A DNA stretch of 64,000 bases from assembly GCA_903945175.1 (NCBI GenBank), contig CAJAUM010000070.1, positions 15,078-79,077 on the forward strand, given 5' to 3'. This stretch comes from an uncultured Bacteroidales bacterium. GTDB taxonomy: Bacteria > Bacteroidota > Bacteroidia > Bacteroidales > FEN-979. Shown one piece after another: positions 36,615-47,149 of the stretch (position 1 is the stretch's first letter; each line of letters starts with the position of its first letter). The translations under genes were made by a program, and so were the position numbers. The notes below the pieces were generated by a model. The model ran no database searches and had not been told where the DNA came from. It was given only the letters and a program-made list of their open reading frames with translations.

Positions 36615-37379
36615 ATGAAACACATCATCCTCTTTCTATCGTTCATTTTCACGACAGCGGGAGGATATTTTGCAAGTGCACAATATGAAGCCATCCCCGA
36701 CACAACACCCGACAATGTATTATTTGAGCAGCAATGGAGCCTGGGTGCGATGCTTCATACCAATGGATGGGGACTTAAATTCCGCAAGGGGCATAATGTA
36801 GCTGCCTTAAGGCAATTTATGTGGGAATTGGAATTTTCCACCTACAAATCATCCAAAGAGGTGCGAAGCATCAATCCCTATTTCTCCGATTCGAGATCCT
36901 ATTTTTATGGTAAACTAAACTATGTGTGGTTTTTCCGCGGCGGCGTGGGACAGCAGCACATATTAAACCGAAAACCCTATTGGGGCGGTGTTCAGTTAAG
37001 CTGGCTATATTACGGAGGGCTATCCCTGGCACTCACAAAACCGATTTACCTCTATATCATCCACTTTAACAGCGGATTTACCGATTATGAAGTCAAAGAG
37101 GAAAGGTACGACCCTGAAGTGCATTTTATTGATAATATATATGGAAGGGGGTCATTTTTAGCCGGATTTACAGAGATGGGATTTCATCCCGGTGTTTATG
37201 TTAAAACCGGGCTGGATTTCGAATTTGGCGTAAAAAACAAGCAGATCAACTCACTTGAAATCGGAGGGATCTTTGATTATTCACCTATTCCCGTTCCAAT
37301 TATGGCGTACAATCCCAAACAGTCTTTTTTCCTTACACTTTATCTGAGCGTTATGTTTGGGAAGAGGTATAATAAGTAA
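36615..37379 (+). CDS. Hypothetical outer-membrane beta-barrel protein
   Basis: Signal peptide (MKHIILFLSF...ASA-Q), alternating aromatic beta strands, C-terminal YLSVMFGKRY. TACATTTG box at 36583-36590. Confidence 0.65.
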   Translation: MKHIILFLSFIFTTAGGYFASAQYEAIPDTTPDNVLFEQQWSLGAMLHTNGWGLKFRKGHNVAALRQFMWELEFSTYKSSKEVRSINPYFSDSRSYFYGKLNYVWFFRGGVGQQHILNRKPYWGGVQLSWLYYGGLSLALTKPIYLYIIHFNSGFTDYEVKEERYDPEVHFIDNIYGRGSFLAGFTEMGFHPGVYVKTGLDFEFGVKNKQINSLEIGGIFDYSPIPVPIMAYNPKQSFFLTLYLSVMFGKRYNK

Positions 37380-38163
37380 ACTCAATTTCCCCGTGATTGA
37401 AGTATCGCATTTCACCGCTGCGTGTTTCGACCATGAGCCGGCCAAGGTTATCGACCCCACCAATTTTTCCTTCCATTAAGGAGCCGGAGCAAATATATTT
37501 CCGCCATTGACCATACCCAAGCATAGATTCCTGATAATCCCTGTTTAGGTTATCAGGACCTTGTTCTCTCAAAGCATGGTATCGGATTTCAAGACATCGG
37601 CATACCTCCGGCAGCACCTCCTTCAAGTCCATCTCCTTTCCACCTATTTGCATAAGTGAAACAGGATTTGGCAGGGTGGATGAAAACCGGATTTGATTGA
37701 TATTGATCCCAATACCGGCAAGAGATGTTTCCAGGGAGATTCCCATTATTTTATGCTCAATCAGGATCCCTCCGATTTTTTTATTCCCGATATACAAATC
37801 ATTGGGCCATTTAATGCTGATCCCCTGGGGATGACCGGAATTTGAATGAGCTGCAGTATTCGACCCGGCAGGTGAAATGTTGTTCAATAAAGTTCGGATA
37901 AAGTCGAGAACCCCAAGTGAAATCGCTTTATTTAACAGGAATTGCTGCTCAGGATCAATAAATCCGGGTTTCAGGATAACAGTGAATGTAAGGTTTTTTC
38001 CGGGTTCACTGATCCATGAATGCCCATGCTGTCCCCGACCTGCAAATTGCTCATGAGCCCATATAATTGTTCCCTCCTCCACGGGTCCTCCTGAAAGCAA
38101 CCTATTTGCATAGGCGTTGGTCGAGTCAACCCGGTCGAGTTCAAGGATGGTTTTACCGATCAT
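37351..38163 (-). CDS. birA: Biotin--[acetyl-CoA-carboxylase] ligase (no HTH)
   Basis: VDSTN, QFAGRGQHGHSW, IKWPNDLY, KKIGGILIE, GIGININQ. Confidence 0.92.
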   Translation of the reverse strand: MIGKTILELDRVDSTNAYANRLLSGGPVEEGTIIWAHEQFAGRGQHGHSWISEPGKNLTFTVILKPGFIDPEQQFLLNKAISLGVLDFIRTLLNNISPAGSNTAAHSNSGHPQGISIKWPNDLYIGNKKIGGILIEHKIMGISLETSLAGIGININQIRFSSTLPNPVSLMQIGGKEMDLKEVLPEVCRCLEIRYHALREQGPDNLNRDYQESMLGYGQWRKYICSGSLMEGKIGGVDNLGRLMVETRSGEMRYFNHGEIEFTYYTSSQT

Positions 38164-38326
38164 GAGATGCAAGGTTAATATCATCCAGAGAAAATGATCT
38201 GCCGATGATCAGGATTATAACGGATTACCCTGATCATTTAGTGTCATTGTCCGGGGTATTTTGTTTAAAAATATTTTCTTGACCGACAGCACCTTTCTAT
38301 GGTTTGCCCGATTAAGCATAAAAAAC

Positions 38327-39025
38327 ATGGAAACATACGAAAATCGAATTGCCATCAAAAACTGGGCGGAAGATGACCGTCCGCGTGAGAAATTACTGCT
38401 GAAAGGGCGGCAAAGTATGAGTGATGCAGAGCTTCTGGCAATCCTCATCGGATCGGGAACAAAGCAGGACTCGGCGGTTGATTTGGCAAAAAACATCTTG
38501 CACCGGGCACACGACAACCTGGCTGAGTTATCGAAAATGAGCATAAATGACCTGGTTACGGTGAAGGGTATCGGTAAGGGTCGGGCGACCACGATTCTGG
38601 CAGCCCTTGAACTGGGTCGGCGCAGAAATGAATCGGAGGTACTGGCCAGAGACAAAATAAAAACCAGCAGGGATGCCTATGAGATATTCCGAAGTACACT
38701 TGGAGACCGGCCGTATGAAGAATTCTGGATCATCCTGCTCAACAAGGCAAACAAAGTGTTGAAGAAGTGCAATATCAGCGAAGGAGGCATTTCGGGAACA
38801 GTGGTTGATCCAAAGAAAATTTTCAAAATCAGTCTCGATCATCATGCGTCATCTATCATTCTGGGTCATAATCATCCTTCAGGGGTCGTAACTCCAAGCG
38901 AAGCAGATCAACGGATTACAAAAAAAATTTGCGAAGCAGGTGCCATGCTGGAGGTGACGGTGCTTGACCATCTGATCATCGGTGATGACAGCTATTATAG
39001 CTTCGCAGATGACGGGGCTTTGTGA
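38327..39025 (+). CDS. radC: RadC family JAB-domain protein
   Basis: DRPREKLL, SDAELLAIL, HhH KGIGKGRA, EEFW, HNHPSG, PSEAD, LDHLII. Confidence 0.92.
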   Translation: METYENRIAIKNWAEDDRPREKLLLKGRQSMSDAELLAILIGSGTKQDSAVDLAKNILHRAHDNLAELSKMSINDLVTVKGIGKGRATTILAALELGRRRNESEVLARDKIKTSRDAYEIFRSTLGDRPYEEFWIILLNKANKVLKKCNISEGGISGTVVDPKKIFKISLDHHASSIILGHNHPSGVVTPSEADQRITKKICEAGAMLEVTVLDHLIIGDDSYYSFADDGAL

Positions 39026-39633
39026 AGACTATCAAATGTGTAACCCAAACGCGAAAAGTGTTCCAGAAATCGCGGGAGGGCATGCCTGGCCTTTTCCAAA
39101 GCCTTCAGGCTGTCGTGAAAAACGACAATAGAACCACAACAGGTATGATCAAGCACATTTTTCAAACATTGTTCCGGTGTAGTATTGCGGTGAAAATCGT
39201 AGCTAAGCACCGACCAAAGGATAAAACGGAAATCCTTCCGGAGAAGGAAATATTGCGAAGGTGTAAACCTCCCGTAAGGTGGCCTGAAGAGGTTTGTGCT
39301 GACATATTCCCGGCACCGGTAAACATCCTCGATGTAAGCGCCAGGTGACGTGTGCCATCCATTGAGATGATGAAATGTATGATTTCCGATCGCGTGTCCA
39401 TCGGTTCTGACCATTTCGCAGAGATCAGGATGTTTTCGGATATTGTCACCAACCATGAAAAAGGTAGCAGTGGCGCTGAAGTTCCTAAGGATCCCAAGAA
39501 TTTCCGGGGTGGCCTCCGGAATAGGGCCATCGTCGAATGTAAGGTATATCACCTTGGCGTCACCCGGAATGTCACACAGGAGGTATTCGGGGCTTAACCA
39601 CCTGAAAAATAACGGCGTTCTGGCAGAAATCAT
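38995..39633 (-). CDS. Polysaccharide deacetylase (CE4/NodB)
   Basis: YLTFDDGP, GNHTFHH, FRPPYG, IVVFHD. Confidence 0.9.
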   Translation of the reverse strand: MISARTPLFFRWLSPEYLLCDIPGDAKVIYLTFDDGPIPEATPEILGILRNFSATATFFMVGDNIRKHPDLCEMVRTDGHAIGNHTFHHLNGWHTSPGAYIEDVYRCREYVSTNLFRPPYGRFTPSQYFLLRKDFRFILWSVLSYDFHRNTTPEQCLKNVLDHTCCGSIVVFHDSLKALEKARHALPRFLEHFSRLGYTFDSLHKAPSSAKL

Positions 39634-42600
39634 TGATTTGAAGGCTGATACACCTTTTCAACATATAAGTCGTAATATTTTTTCAGGGTTGCTTCGGTTT
39701 CTGCTGCCAGTTTGGCCTGTTTTGCCTCGCTGGTAATCACGCTGAGTCTTTGCATTGTAAAAACAGCTTCCTGAATGGTCATATCCATCGCCTTGAGATC
39801 CTTGTCAGGAAATGAAAAGAGATAGACCAGCTCTTCTGTCACTGTCTTGTTGAGCTCGGCAGCAATCTGGTTTGCTTTGGCCAGGTCGCCGGTTTTGTAA
39901 TAACCACTGATGAGGGGTACCGTAAAGAAATCATAGGGGACGACCGACTCAGGCATCACTTCGAAACATTGATCCAACACGCGTCTGGCCGAATCCAATT
40001 TGCCTCCGCCAATCAGGGCGTCAGCAAGCCTTCCGAAGAGACTGCGCATGTTCATGACCATCCGGGCATTGGTTTCATCGATATAAACTCCGGGTTTATT
40101 CATGTTCCCCCATTTAAAACGGTTCATCAGATTATCGTACATCACATCGGTATTCACCTCGCCTACCTGCCCTTCAGTTGTTTTTGCCCGAACCGGAATT
40201 AACCTGTATGCAAGTCCTTCGAGATGAAAATATTTCTCAAGACCTATATAGGTATCAACACCAGTGGTCATTACAAAATAGACCGGACGTTCCCAATTGT
40301 TTGTGGCAAGCAGATCCAGGATCATGAGATTGGCCTTCTCAACACCCTGGGCTTTGATTTCCCAACGTATTGTATCGAGCCTGTCTGCCATCTTCGGTAA
40401 AATCGAACCCGTCTTCATCAGGGCTGCAGCGTCATAGGTTACCATGAACTTCTTGGTTGGAAAGTAATCAATCATCCCAATCTGTGAAGTATTCATTTTC
40501 AACCTGGAATCATCCTGGGCCAGGATGCCAAAAAGCGCTTTTACATCTACATAGGTATTTTTAAGTCCCTCGTCCTCTATGAGATAGGTCACGTCATGGC
40601 TACCCTGGCGATATTTCTCCTTTGTGAGTGAGAATGGGACAGGATCTGAGTCGTACGCTTTGCGTTTCATCTGATCAATATACCATTCCGTGTTAAGCAG
40701 GCTGAGGTTGACCACGCGCACATCGGTACGGATTCCCTCCACCTCCTGGGCATACCAAAGAGGAAACGTATCATTGTCCCCGTTTGTGAAGAGGATGGCA
40801 TTCGGAGCGCATGAATTCAGATAATTTTCGGCGATGGCCAATCCGGTATATCGGCCCGAGCGGTCATGGTCATCCCATCCCTGTTGTGCCATCAGGGTTA
40901 CCACTCCCATCCCGAACAGAAGGGAGAGGATCATGGCCATGTTTTTTCCGGTCAATTTACTAAGCCACTGCATGATCTGAATGATTCCAAGTCCGATCCA
41001 GATTGAAAAAGCGTAAAAGGAGCCGGCAAATGAATAATCACGTTCACGGGGCTGCGGTGAATGCGAGTTGAGATACAACACAATGGCGAGTCCGGTCATC
41101 AGGAAAAGCAAAAACACCACCCATGCGCTGTGCTTGTCGTTTCGCAGGGTGTAAAATATGCCGATTAAACCAAGAAGAAGCGGCAGAAAATAGAAGTTGT
41201 TATCGCCTTTACTTTTGCGGCTCTCCGGAACATCCTGCGGGCCGAGTCTCATTGTATCGATAAATGGAATTCCGCTTTTCCAGTTTCCATCGAGTTTGTT
41301 GCCCATTCCCTGGATATCATTTTGCTTTCCGGCAAAATTCCACATGAAATAGCGGTAATACATATGGACCAACTGGTAATTCCAGAAAAAAGCAAAATTT
41401 TCAGAAAACGTAGGCAGATTCAGCGTTTCACTGCGTTCCCCTTGCTGCATCTGAACAGGTCTTCCCTTTACCTTTCCCCAGCGTATATATTCCTGCTCAA
41501 AACGTGGCTCTGACTGGTCCCACATCCGAGGAAAAATTGTTGTAAAACGTTCATCGTAGACCGGGATCACATTCTCCCGTTTATCTGTTACTAAATATTT
41601 CCCTGATTTGGTATCTTTTGCATACACCGGGTTCCCATCGGCCCTATCAACAACAGGGGCATTGTAATACTGTCCTTTGAGCAGTGGCCAGTCCCCGTAT
41701 TGCTCCCGGTTCAGGTAGGCAAGCAGGTACATGGCATTTTCAGGATTGTTCTCATCGATGGGTGTATCGGCATTGCTGCGTATGACCAGCATCAGGAATG
41801 AAGAGTATCCGATAATAATGAAGGTCAGGGCAAGGACAATGGCATTCCATACTGGTTTTCCCTTTTTGCTTGTATAATATAGACCCCAGATGATCAACCC
41901 GATAAGCAGCACGAAATAAATCATGGTACCGGAGTTGAACGGAAGACCGATGGAATTGATGAAAAAAAGTTCAAAAAGTCCGGCCAATTTGATGATCCAG
42001 GGAATGATAAGGTACATCACTACGGCCAAAATCAGGATTGACAGGATAGCCGTTACAACCATGCCTTTCCATCCGGGATTTGGATATTTTTTAAAATAAT
42101 AGACGAATGTAATTGCCGGAATGGCGAGCAGGTTAAGCAGGTGAACCCCAATGGAGAGCCCCATCAGATAGGCGATCAGGATAAGCCAGCGATAGGCGTG
42201 CTTTTCATCGGCATGCTCCTCCCATTTAAAAATGGCCCAGACCACGATGGCCGTAAAGAAAGATGACATGGCATAAACTTCGCCTTCGACTGCCGAAAAC
42301 CAGAATGAATCGGTGAAGGTATAAGCCAGGGATCCGACCAATGCAGCCCCCATGATCATCCACATTTTCTGATCAGTCATCTCTCCCTGTCGAAGGACAA
42401 TTTTTTTTGCGATCAGGGTAATCGTCCAAAACAGGAAAAGTATCGTAAACCCACTGGAAAGTGCCGACATGGTATTGACCATTCGGGCAACATGCGTCAC
42501 ATCTCCGAAGGCAAACAGTGAAAAGAAACGGCCAATTATTTGAAAAAGCGGTGCCCCCGGCGGATGACCCACCTCCAGTTTAAACGCAGTTGAAATGTAT

Positions 42601-42713
42601 TCTCCGCAATCCCAGAAGCTCATGGTAGGCTCGGAGGTGATAATGTATACGGCAGAGGCAATGGAAAACACGATCCAGCCGAGGATGTTGTTGATCTTTT
42701 TATAACTGTTCAT
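39630..42713 (-). CDS. DUF2723 / TMEM260-like GT-C membrane glycosyltransferase
   Basis: SFWDCGEYI, EVGHPPGAP, FWFSAVEGEVYA, QPRERDY, LFTNGDNDTFPLWY. The start is inferred at MNSYKKINN. Confidence 0.88.
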   Translation of the reverse strand: MNSYKKINNILGWIVFSIASAVYIITSEPTMSFWDCGEYISTAFKLEVGHPPGAPLFQIIGRFFSLFAFGDVTHVARMVNTMSALSSGFTILFLFWTITLIAKKIVLRQGEMTDQKMWMIMGAALVGSLAYTFTDSFWFSAVEGEVYAMSSFFTAIVVWAIFKWEEHADEKHAYRWLILIAYLMGLSIGVHLLNLLAIPAITFVYYFKKYPNPGWKGMVVTAILSILILAVVMYLIIPWIIKLAGLFELFFINSIGLPFNSGTMIYFVLLIGLIIWGLYYTSKKGKPVWNAIVLALTFIIIGYSSFLMLVIRSNADTPIDENNPENAMYLLAYLNREQYGDWPLLKGQYYNAPVVDRADGNPVYAKDTKSGKYLVTDKRENVIPVYDERFTTIFPRMWDQSEPRFEQEYIRWGKVKGRPVQMQQGERSETLNLPTFSENFAFFWNYQLVHMYYRYFMWNFAGKQNDIQGMGNKLDGNWKSGIPFIDTMRLGPQDVPESRKSKGDNNFYFLPLLLGLIGIFYTLRNDKHSAWVVFLLFLMTGLAIVLYLNSHSPQPRERDYSFAGSFYAFSIWIGLGIIQIMQWLSKLTGKNMAMILSLLFGMGVVTLMAQQGWDDHDRSGRYTGLAIAENYLNSCAPNAILFTNGDNDTFPLWYAQEVEGIRTDVRVVNLSLLNTEWYIDQMKRKAYDSDPVPFSLTKEKYRQGSHDVTYLIEDEGLKNTYVDVKALFGILAQDDSRLKMNTSQIGMIDYFPTKKFMVTYDAAALMKTGSILPKMADRLDTIRWEIKAQGVEKANLMILDLLATNNWERPVYFVMTTGVDTYIGLEKYFHLEGLAYRLIPVRAKTTEGQVGEVNTDVMYDNLMNRFKWGNMNKPGVYIDETNARMVMNMRSLFGRLADALIGGGKLDSARRVLDQCFEVMPESVVPYDFFTVPLISGYYKTGDLAKANQIAAELNKTVTEELVYLFSFPDKDLKAMDMTIQEAVFTMQRLSVITSEAKQAKLAAETEATLKKYYDLYVEKVYQPSNQ

Positions 42714-42795
42714 GGAGAAAGGCATTGAAGCGCCGCAAAGGTAGGAAAAATAGAGACATTTTTGTATTTTTGCCAGGTAACGAAAAACCACTCAC

Positions 42796-43542
42796 ATGAA
42801 CAAACTTGTATTGATCCGCCATGGTGAAAGCACCTGGAATAAAGAGAACCGATTTACCGGATGGACAGATGTTGAATTATCGGAACGCGGAATAAAGGAG
42901 GCCATGGAGGCCGGAAAAATCCTGAAGAAGGAGGGTTTTGAATTTAAAATAGCCTATACCAGTTACCTCTCCCGCGCCCTCCGAACGTTGTGGCTCTTGC
43001 TTGAACAGATGGATCTTCAATGGATCCCGGTAGAGAAAACCTGGAGACTGAATGAAAAACATTACGGGGTACTCCAGGGATTGAACAAATCGGAGATGGC
43101 AGAAAAATATGGCGATGAGCAGGTTCTTATCTGGCGCAGAAGTTATGATGTGCGTCCTCCCGCGCTTGATATGGACGATCCACGTCATCCGCGCTTTGAT
43201 CATCGTTACCGTGACCTCAACCCAAGAGACATCCCGGGAACTGAGGCGCTGAAGGACACTGTTGAACGTATCGTCCCCTATTGGCAGCAGGAGATGGCCC
43301 CTGCCCTTGCAAAACACAAACAGGTGGTTGTTGCAGCCCATGGAAACAGCCTCCGTGGAATTCTGAAATATCTGAAAAACATTTCCGACGAGGATATTGT
43401 GGGAATTAACCTTCCGACCGGCATTCCCTACGTTTTTGAATTCGACGAGCAAATGGTTCTGCAGAAGGACTATTTCCTGGGCGATCCCGACGTCATTAAA
43501 AAACTGATGGATGAGGTTGCCAACCAGGGCAAAAAGAAATAG
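42796..43542 (+). CDS. gpmA: 2,3-bisphosphoglycerate-dependent phosphoglycerate mutase
   Basis: [49 protein letters not shown]. Confidence 0.96.
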   Translation: MNKLVLIRHGESTWNKENRFTGWTDVELSERGIKEAMEAGKILKKEGFEFKIAYTSYLSRALRTLWLLLEQMDLQWIPVEKTWRLNEKHYGVLQGLNKSEMAEKYGDEQVLIWRRSYDVRPPALDMDDPRHPRFDHRYRDLNPRDIPGTEALKDTVERIVPYWQQEMAPALAKHKQVVVAAHGNSLRGILKYLKNISDEDIVGINLPTGIPYVFEFDEQMVLQKDYFLGDPDVIKKLMDEVANQGKKK

Positions 43543-43552
43543 CAAACATGCG

Positions 43553-44116
43553 TTAGTCTTCCATCATAAACGCCTTGATGGTACTTTCATCAACCCTTGT
43601 AAGCAGGTTGGCTGCAAGATTTTCATGTGAACCAAAGTATCCCTGTACTTTTTCTTTGGCTACCAAGGTCGGGCTGCTTGTAACGGTGGCCCTGAATGAG
43701 GAAAACCGGTAATTTGCAGGATGTTCAGTAACACCGTGCCGCCAGGGATTTTGATTGACATACCTGATCATCTCAAAAAAATATAGAAGATTCCTGATCT
43801 CCATCCGTTTGAGCTTGAATTTAAAAACCCGGCCCTCTTTTCCGTTGTGAATATTATAGCCTTTGGAATAGGCGTTGAACAACAGGGCAAACGGTTTGAA
43901 GAGACTCCCGGCTGCCTCGTCCCGGATCCGGATCAGCAAGTGAAGGTGATCGCTTAGCAAGCAATAGGCATACGTCTCCGCGATGGGGTAAATATGCACC
44001 TGGTATAGTTTCATAAAGAAGCGATAGGCCTCTTCGTTTTCAAACAGCGGGTCGCCGTTTTTTGCCCGGTTGTATACATGGTAATACTTTCCCGGTTCCA
44101 ACAATGTTGTTTTCAT
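43553..44116 (-). mobile_element. REP-associated tyrosine transposase (RAYT)-like / Y1 HUH endonuclease gene
   Basis: YYHVYNR...LF, AYCLLSDHLHLL (HUH), IRYVNQNP (catalytic Tyr), FSS. No tnpB and no IS ends seen. Confidence 0.75.
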
Positions 44117-44174
44117 AAGCAGTTTTTCTGCTTAATCGGAGGAAAAAGAAAAGGTGAGTGGATTGTTAATAACT

Positions 44175-47144
44175 TTACGGTTTAAACACCACCCCAAAGT
44201 TTTTCTTCCCGTCAATCTCAATACGAATAGGCTTTTCGAAGCGGATATGCCGGATATATTCGTCCTCATAAATGGCAGGTTGTGCATTGAGGTAATCCAG
44301 ATCATAAAAACCCTCATTGATGTAAGGGTTAATCGTGAAATAGCCCACCCTGAACGAAGTCAGGTTCTGGAAGAAGTGCGTCCCCTGGCTGGGGTCGATG
44401 CGGTAATGTTCAAGTCCCGATTCAACAATTAGACGGGCCGCGCTGATTTGCGGCCATTTCACAGGAATGCCAAGCCATGGATCGCTCGATCCCCAACGCC
44501 CTGGCCCAACAAGCACATAAAACTTCTTCTCATGCAGGAATTTATCATTCAGATTCTCAAGAAGATGAGCGATCTCCATGCTTTTGGATGCATTAAACAT
44601 GCTGGGTTTCACATACACAAAATCGTAAATTCCCGTAATAATTCCATTGCCAAGTGCTGTATTCGAAATCATCAGGGCCTCATCCCTATTGATGGATTCT
44701 GGCTTGAGATCAATGGTTTCATCGCGGCCGGCAATCGGACGGATTTGCAGAAGGCTGAATACTTTTGGCTCTCCTTTAGGCATGTCAAGATTCACGGCAA
44801 ATTCAATTTCGACCGGTTTGTTCATCTCACGCTGCCCTATCTCAAGGACCTCCTTCAAAATTTCAGCCAAAGGGAACGTGGCGTGGTTGAGCAACTGTGA
44901 AAAAGTGATGATCCGTTTCCCCTCTGCCATTGTTCCCTCCTTCAACTGATGGCTGTCATAATCAAAGGTAGAGGCGACCAGTTTCAAGGCATGGTCCGAT
45001 TCCGCATCCTTGATACGAAGCTTCATCAGATTCACCGTTTCATCTATATCGGGAGTAAAACTTTCCGGCCTGAGATCAAGTGCATAGAAGAATTTCTGTG
45101 TTTCGCTCAGCGCAAGTTCAGGTGTTGAGAGTTGCAGGATTTTTTTGGGATATTTAGGTGAAAACCGGATGCCATTTCCCCCATCAACAATGTATTTGCC
45201 TAATCCATAGGCAATATTCGCAATCCCATCATCCGGCTTTTCCGGGGCAATCGGATAAAAATTGATCGATCTCGCCACTCCGGAGATGGCCGGATAAAAC
45301 CGGTCTCCATACTGCCGGCCTGTAACCTCCTGCAATACAATGCCCATCTTCTCCTCATCGATCATGTTCAGCGTTGCTGCCATATAGGATTTGCTGTCCT
45401 TGAAATAGGCCGAAGCATACACACTCTTTATGGCTTCACTCAATTTGTCGATCATGACCCGCTCGTTGAATTTGATATTTGGGATCATGTAGGTGGAATA
45501 TATTCCTGCAAATGGTTGATAATGTGAATCTTCCAGCAAACTTGATGATCGGATGGCAATTGGATTATTCACGCACGAAATAAAGCGATACAGATCTTCA
45601 TGGATACGGAATGGCAACCGTGATTTGACAAAACGCGTGAGTATTTCTTTATCACTGCGGTCGGAAAGGGCGATTTCATAAAGGTTGTTTTCCTCCATGA
45701 ATTCATCAAAAATATCAGTACCCAATACAACAGTGCGGGGAATGGTAATAACGACCTCTTCATATTTATCGGTGAGGCGATTCCGCTTGATGAGCGAATC
45801 GAGAAAGGCCAGTCCGCGGGCTTTTCCCCCGATGGAGCCTTCGCCGATCCGTGCAAACTGGAGATATTCATCATACCGATCGCGGTCAAAATCGGCAATA
45901 ACCCCTTTGGCCTTGTTAATCCGAAAAGCAGTGATGGCATCGAACAGATAACGTTTGGCCTGGTCCATATCATCGGAAAAGGAGGTAACCGATACCTCCC
46001 TGAACATTTCAGCAATCGGAAAAAGGGCACGGGCATTGAGCCATTTCGAAAAGTGATTGCGCTGCATGTGATAAAGCAACGAATAATCGGGGATTTCAAA
46101 AATTTTATCCTGAAGCGATTTCAGATCAACGGCACGGGTGATCTCACGACCGTTTTTGGGATCGATGAAAATAAAATCACCAAACGAAAAATATTCTGTG
46201 ATATAATTTCTTAATTCAATGGAGAGTGTTTTGGAATTCTTGTTCAGAAACCCGACTTTTAATTCATGGGCCAGTGATTCATATTCGATATCCGTCGACT
46301 GAAAAAGGATGGGCATGTATTGATCCTCATCGCGAACCTTTTCAACAAATTTAATCCCTGCGGTTTTATCGGTTTCGCCGGCCCGCATGAATGAAATATC
46401 GGTAATGATTCCCAGGAGGTTGTTTTTGTATTTTTCCCACATCTTCACGGCCTCCTCATAATTGGTCGCCAGCAGGATTTTTGTTCGCCCGCGCATCCTG
46501 AGCATCTTATTGTGCTCGTTCAATCCTTCGGCCATGAAGGTTTTCGACTGCTTGAGCAGGATCTTATAAATATTGGGGAGATAGGATGAGTAAAAACGGA
46601 TGGAATCTTCAACCAATAAAATGGCCTGCACCCCCTGCTTCACATCCTGGTCGATGTTCATTTTATCTTCAATCAACTTGATGATGGCAAGCAGGATGCC
46701 TGCATTTCCAAGCCAGCTGAATACATAATCGATGGCGCTCAAGTCTTTTTCGGCAAGTTTCAGGTTAACCTCGCGCGAAAAAGGGGTCAGCACGACGATC
46801 GGAATCTTGGGGTACTGCTTTTTGATGCGCATGGCCAAATCGAACGTGTCGGCCTTTTCAATGTTGAGCATCGAAATAACCAGCTCGATCCTTTTGTCCT
46901 CCAGCACCTCGAACGCCTCTTCTTCTGAAGTCACCTTCAGAAATTGCGGCGGGTAACGCAGGTTTAGTGAGACATATTCGAGGAAAATGGTTTCATCGAT
47001 ACGCCCATCCTCCTCCAACATAAATGAATCATATGTACTGGAAATGAGGAGGATCTGGTAAATCCTCCGTTTCATCAGCAAATTAAACGAAGTATCAATG
47101 AAATAATACTTCTTTGGATCGAGGGCATTTTGTGATCCCGGCAT
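44175..47144 (-). CDS. Receiver-domain / PEP-pyruvate-binding (PPDK_N) protein, paralog 1
   Basis: Receiver-like domains (LLVEDS...ITD...QST...K), ATP-grasp motifs IGGKARGL, AIRSSSLLED, FAGIYST, LQIRP, and C-terminal GPGRWG...PSQGTHFF. No PEP-binding TIM barrel. Confidence 0.85.
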   Translation of the reverse strand: MPGSQNALDPKKYYFIDTSFNLLMKRRIYQILLISSTYDSFMLEEDGRIDETIFLEYVSLNLRYPPQFLKVTSEEEAFEVLEDKRIELVISMLNIEKADTFDLAMRIKKQYPKIPIVVLTPFSREVNLKLAEKDLSAIDYVFSWLGNAGILLAIIKLIEDKMNIDQDVKQGVQAILLVEDSIRFYSSYLPNIYKILLKQSKTFMAEGLNEHNKMLRMRGRTKILLATNYEEAVKMWEKYKNNLLGIITDISFMRAGETDKTAGIKFVEKVRDEDQYMPILFQSTDIEYESLAHELKVGFLNKNSKTLSIELRNYITEYFSFGDFIFIDPKNGREITRAVDLKSLQDKIFEIPDYSLLYHMQRNHFSKWLNARALFPIAEMFREVSVTSFSDDMDQAKRYLFDAITAFRINKAKGVIADFDRDRYDEYLQFARIGEGSIGGKARGLAFLDSLIKRNRLTDKYEEVVITIPRTVVLGTDIFDEFMEENNLYEIALSDRSDKEILTRFVKSRLPFRIHEDLYRFISCVNNPIAIRSSSLLEDSHYQPFAGIYSTYMIPNIKFNERVMIDKLSEAIKSVYASAYFKDSKSYMAATLNMIDEEKMGIVLQEVTGRQYGDRFYPAISGVARSINFYPIAPEKPDDGIANIAYGLGKYIVDGGNGIRFSPKYPKKILQLSTPELALSETQKFFYALDLRPESFTPDIDETVNLMKLRIKDAESDHALKLVASTFDYDSHQLKEGTMAEGKRIITFSQLLNHATFPLAEILKEVLEIGQREMNKPVEIEFAVNLDMPKGEPKVFSLLQIRPIAGRDETIDLKPESINRDEALMISNTALGNGIITGIYDFVYVKPSMFNASKSMEIAHLLENLNDKFLHEKKFYVLVGPGRWGSSDPWLGIPVKWPQISAARLIVESGLEHYRIDPSQGTHFFQNLTSFRVGYFTINPYINEGFYDLDYLNAQPAIYEDEYIRHIRFEKPIRIEIDGKKNFGVVFKP

Positions 47145-47149
47145 AGAAT

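Noticed and set aside
38327-39025. radC as a marker of a mobile element
   Set aside because: It is the full-length chromosomal form with the N-terminal HhH region, among housekeeping genes, with no integrase nearby.
42877-43545. 222 aa antisense ORF opposite gpmA (likewise 1940-2503, 10685-11323, 49334-50071, 55080-55682)
   Set aside because: Each is fully overlapped by a well-supported gene on the other strand and has no recognisable domain.
44175-47144. Canonical PEP synthase (ppsA) or ppdK
   Set aside because: It lacks the C-terminal PEP/pyruvate-binding TIM barrel and carries receiver domains, so no gene symbol was assigned.
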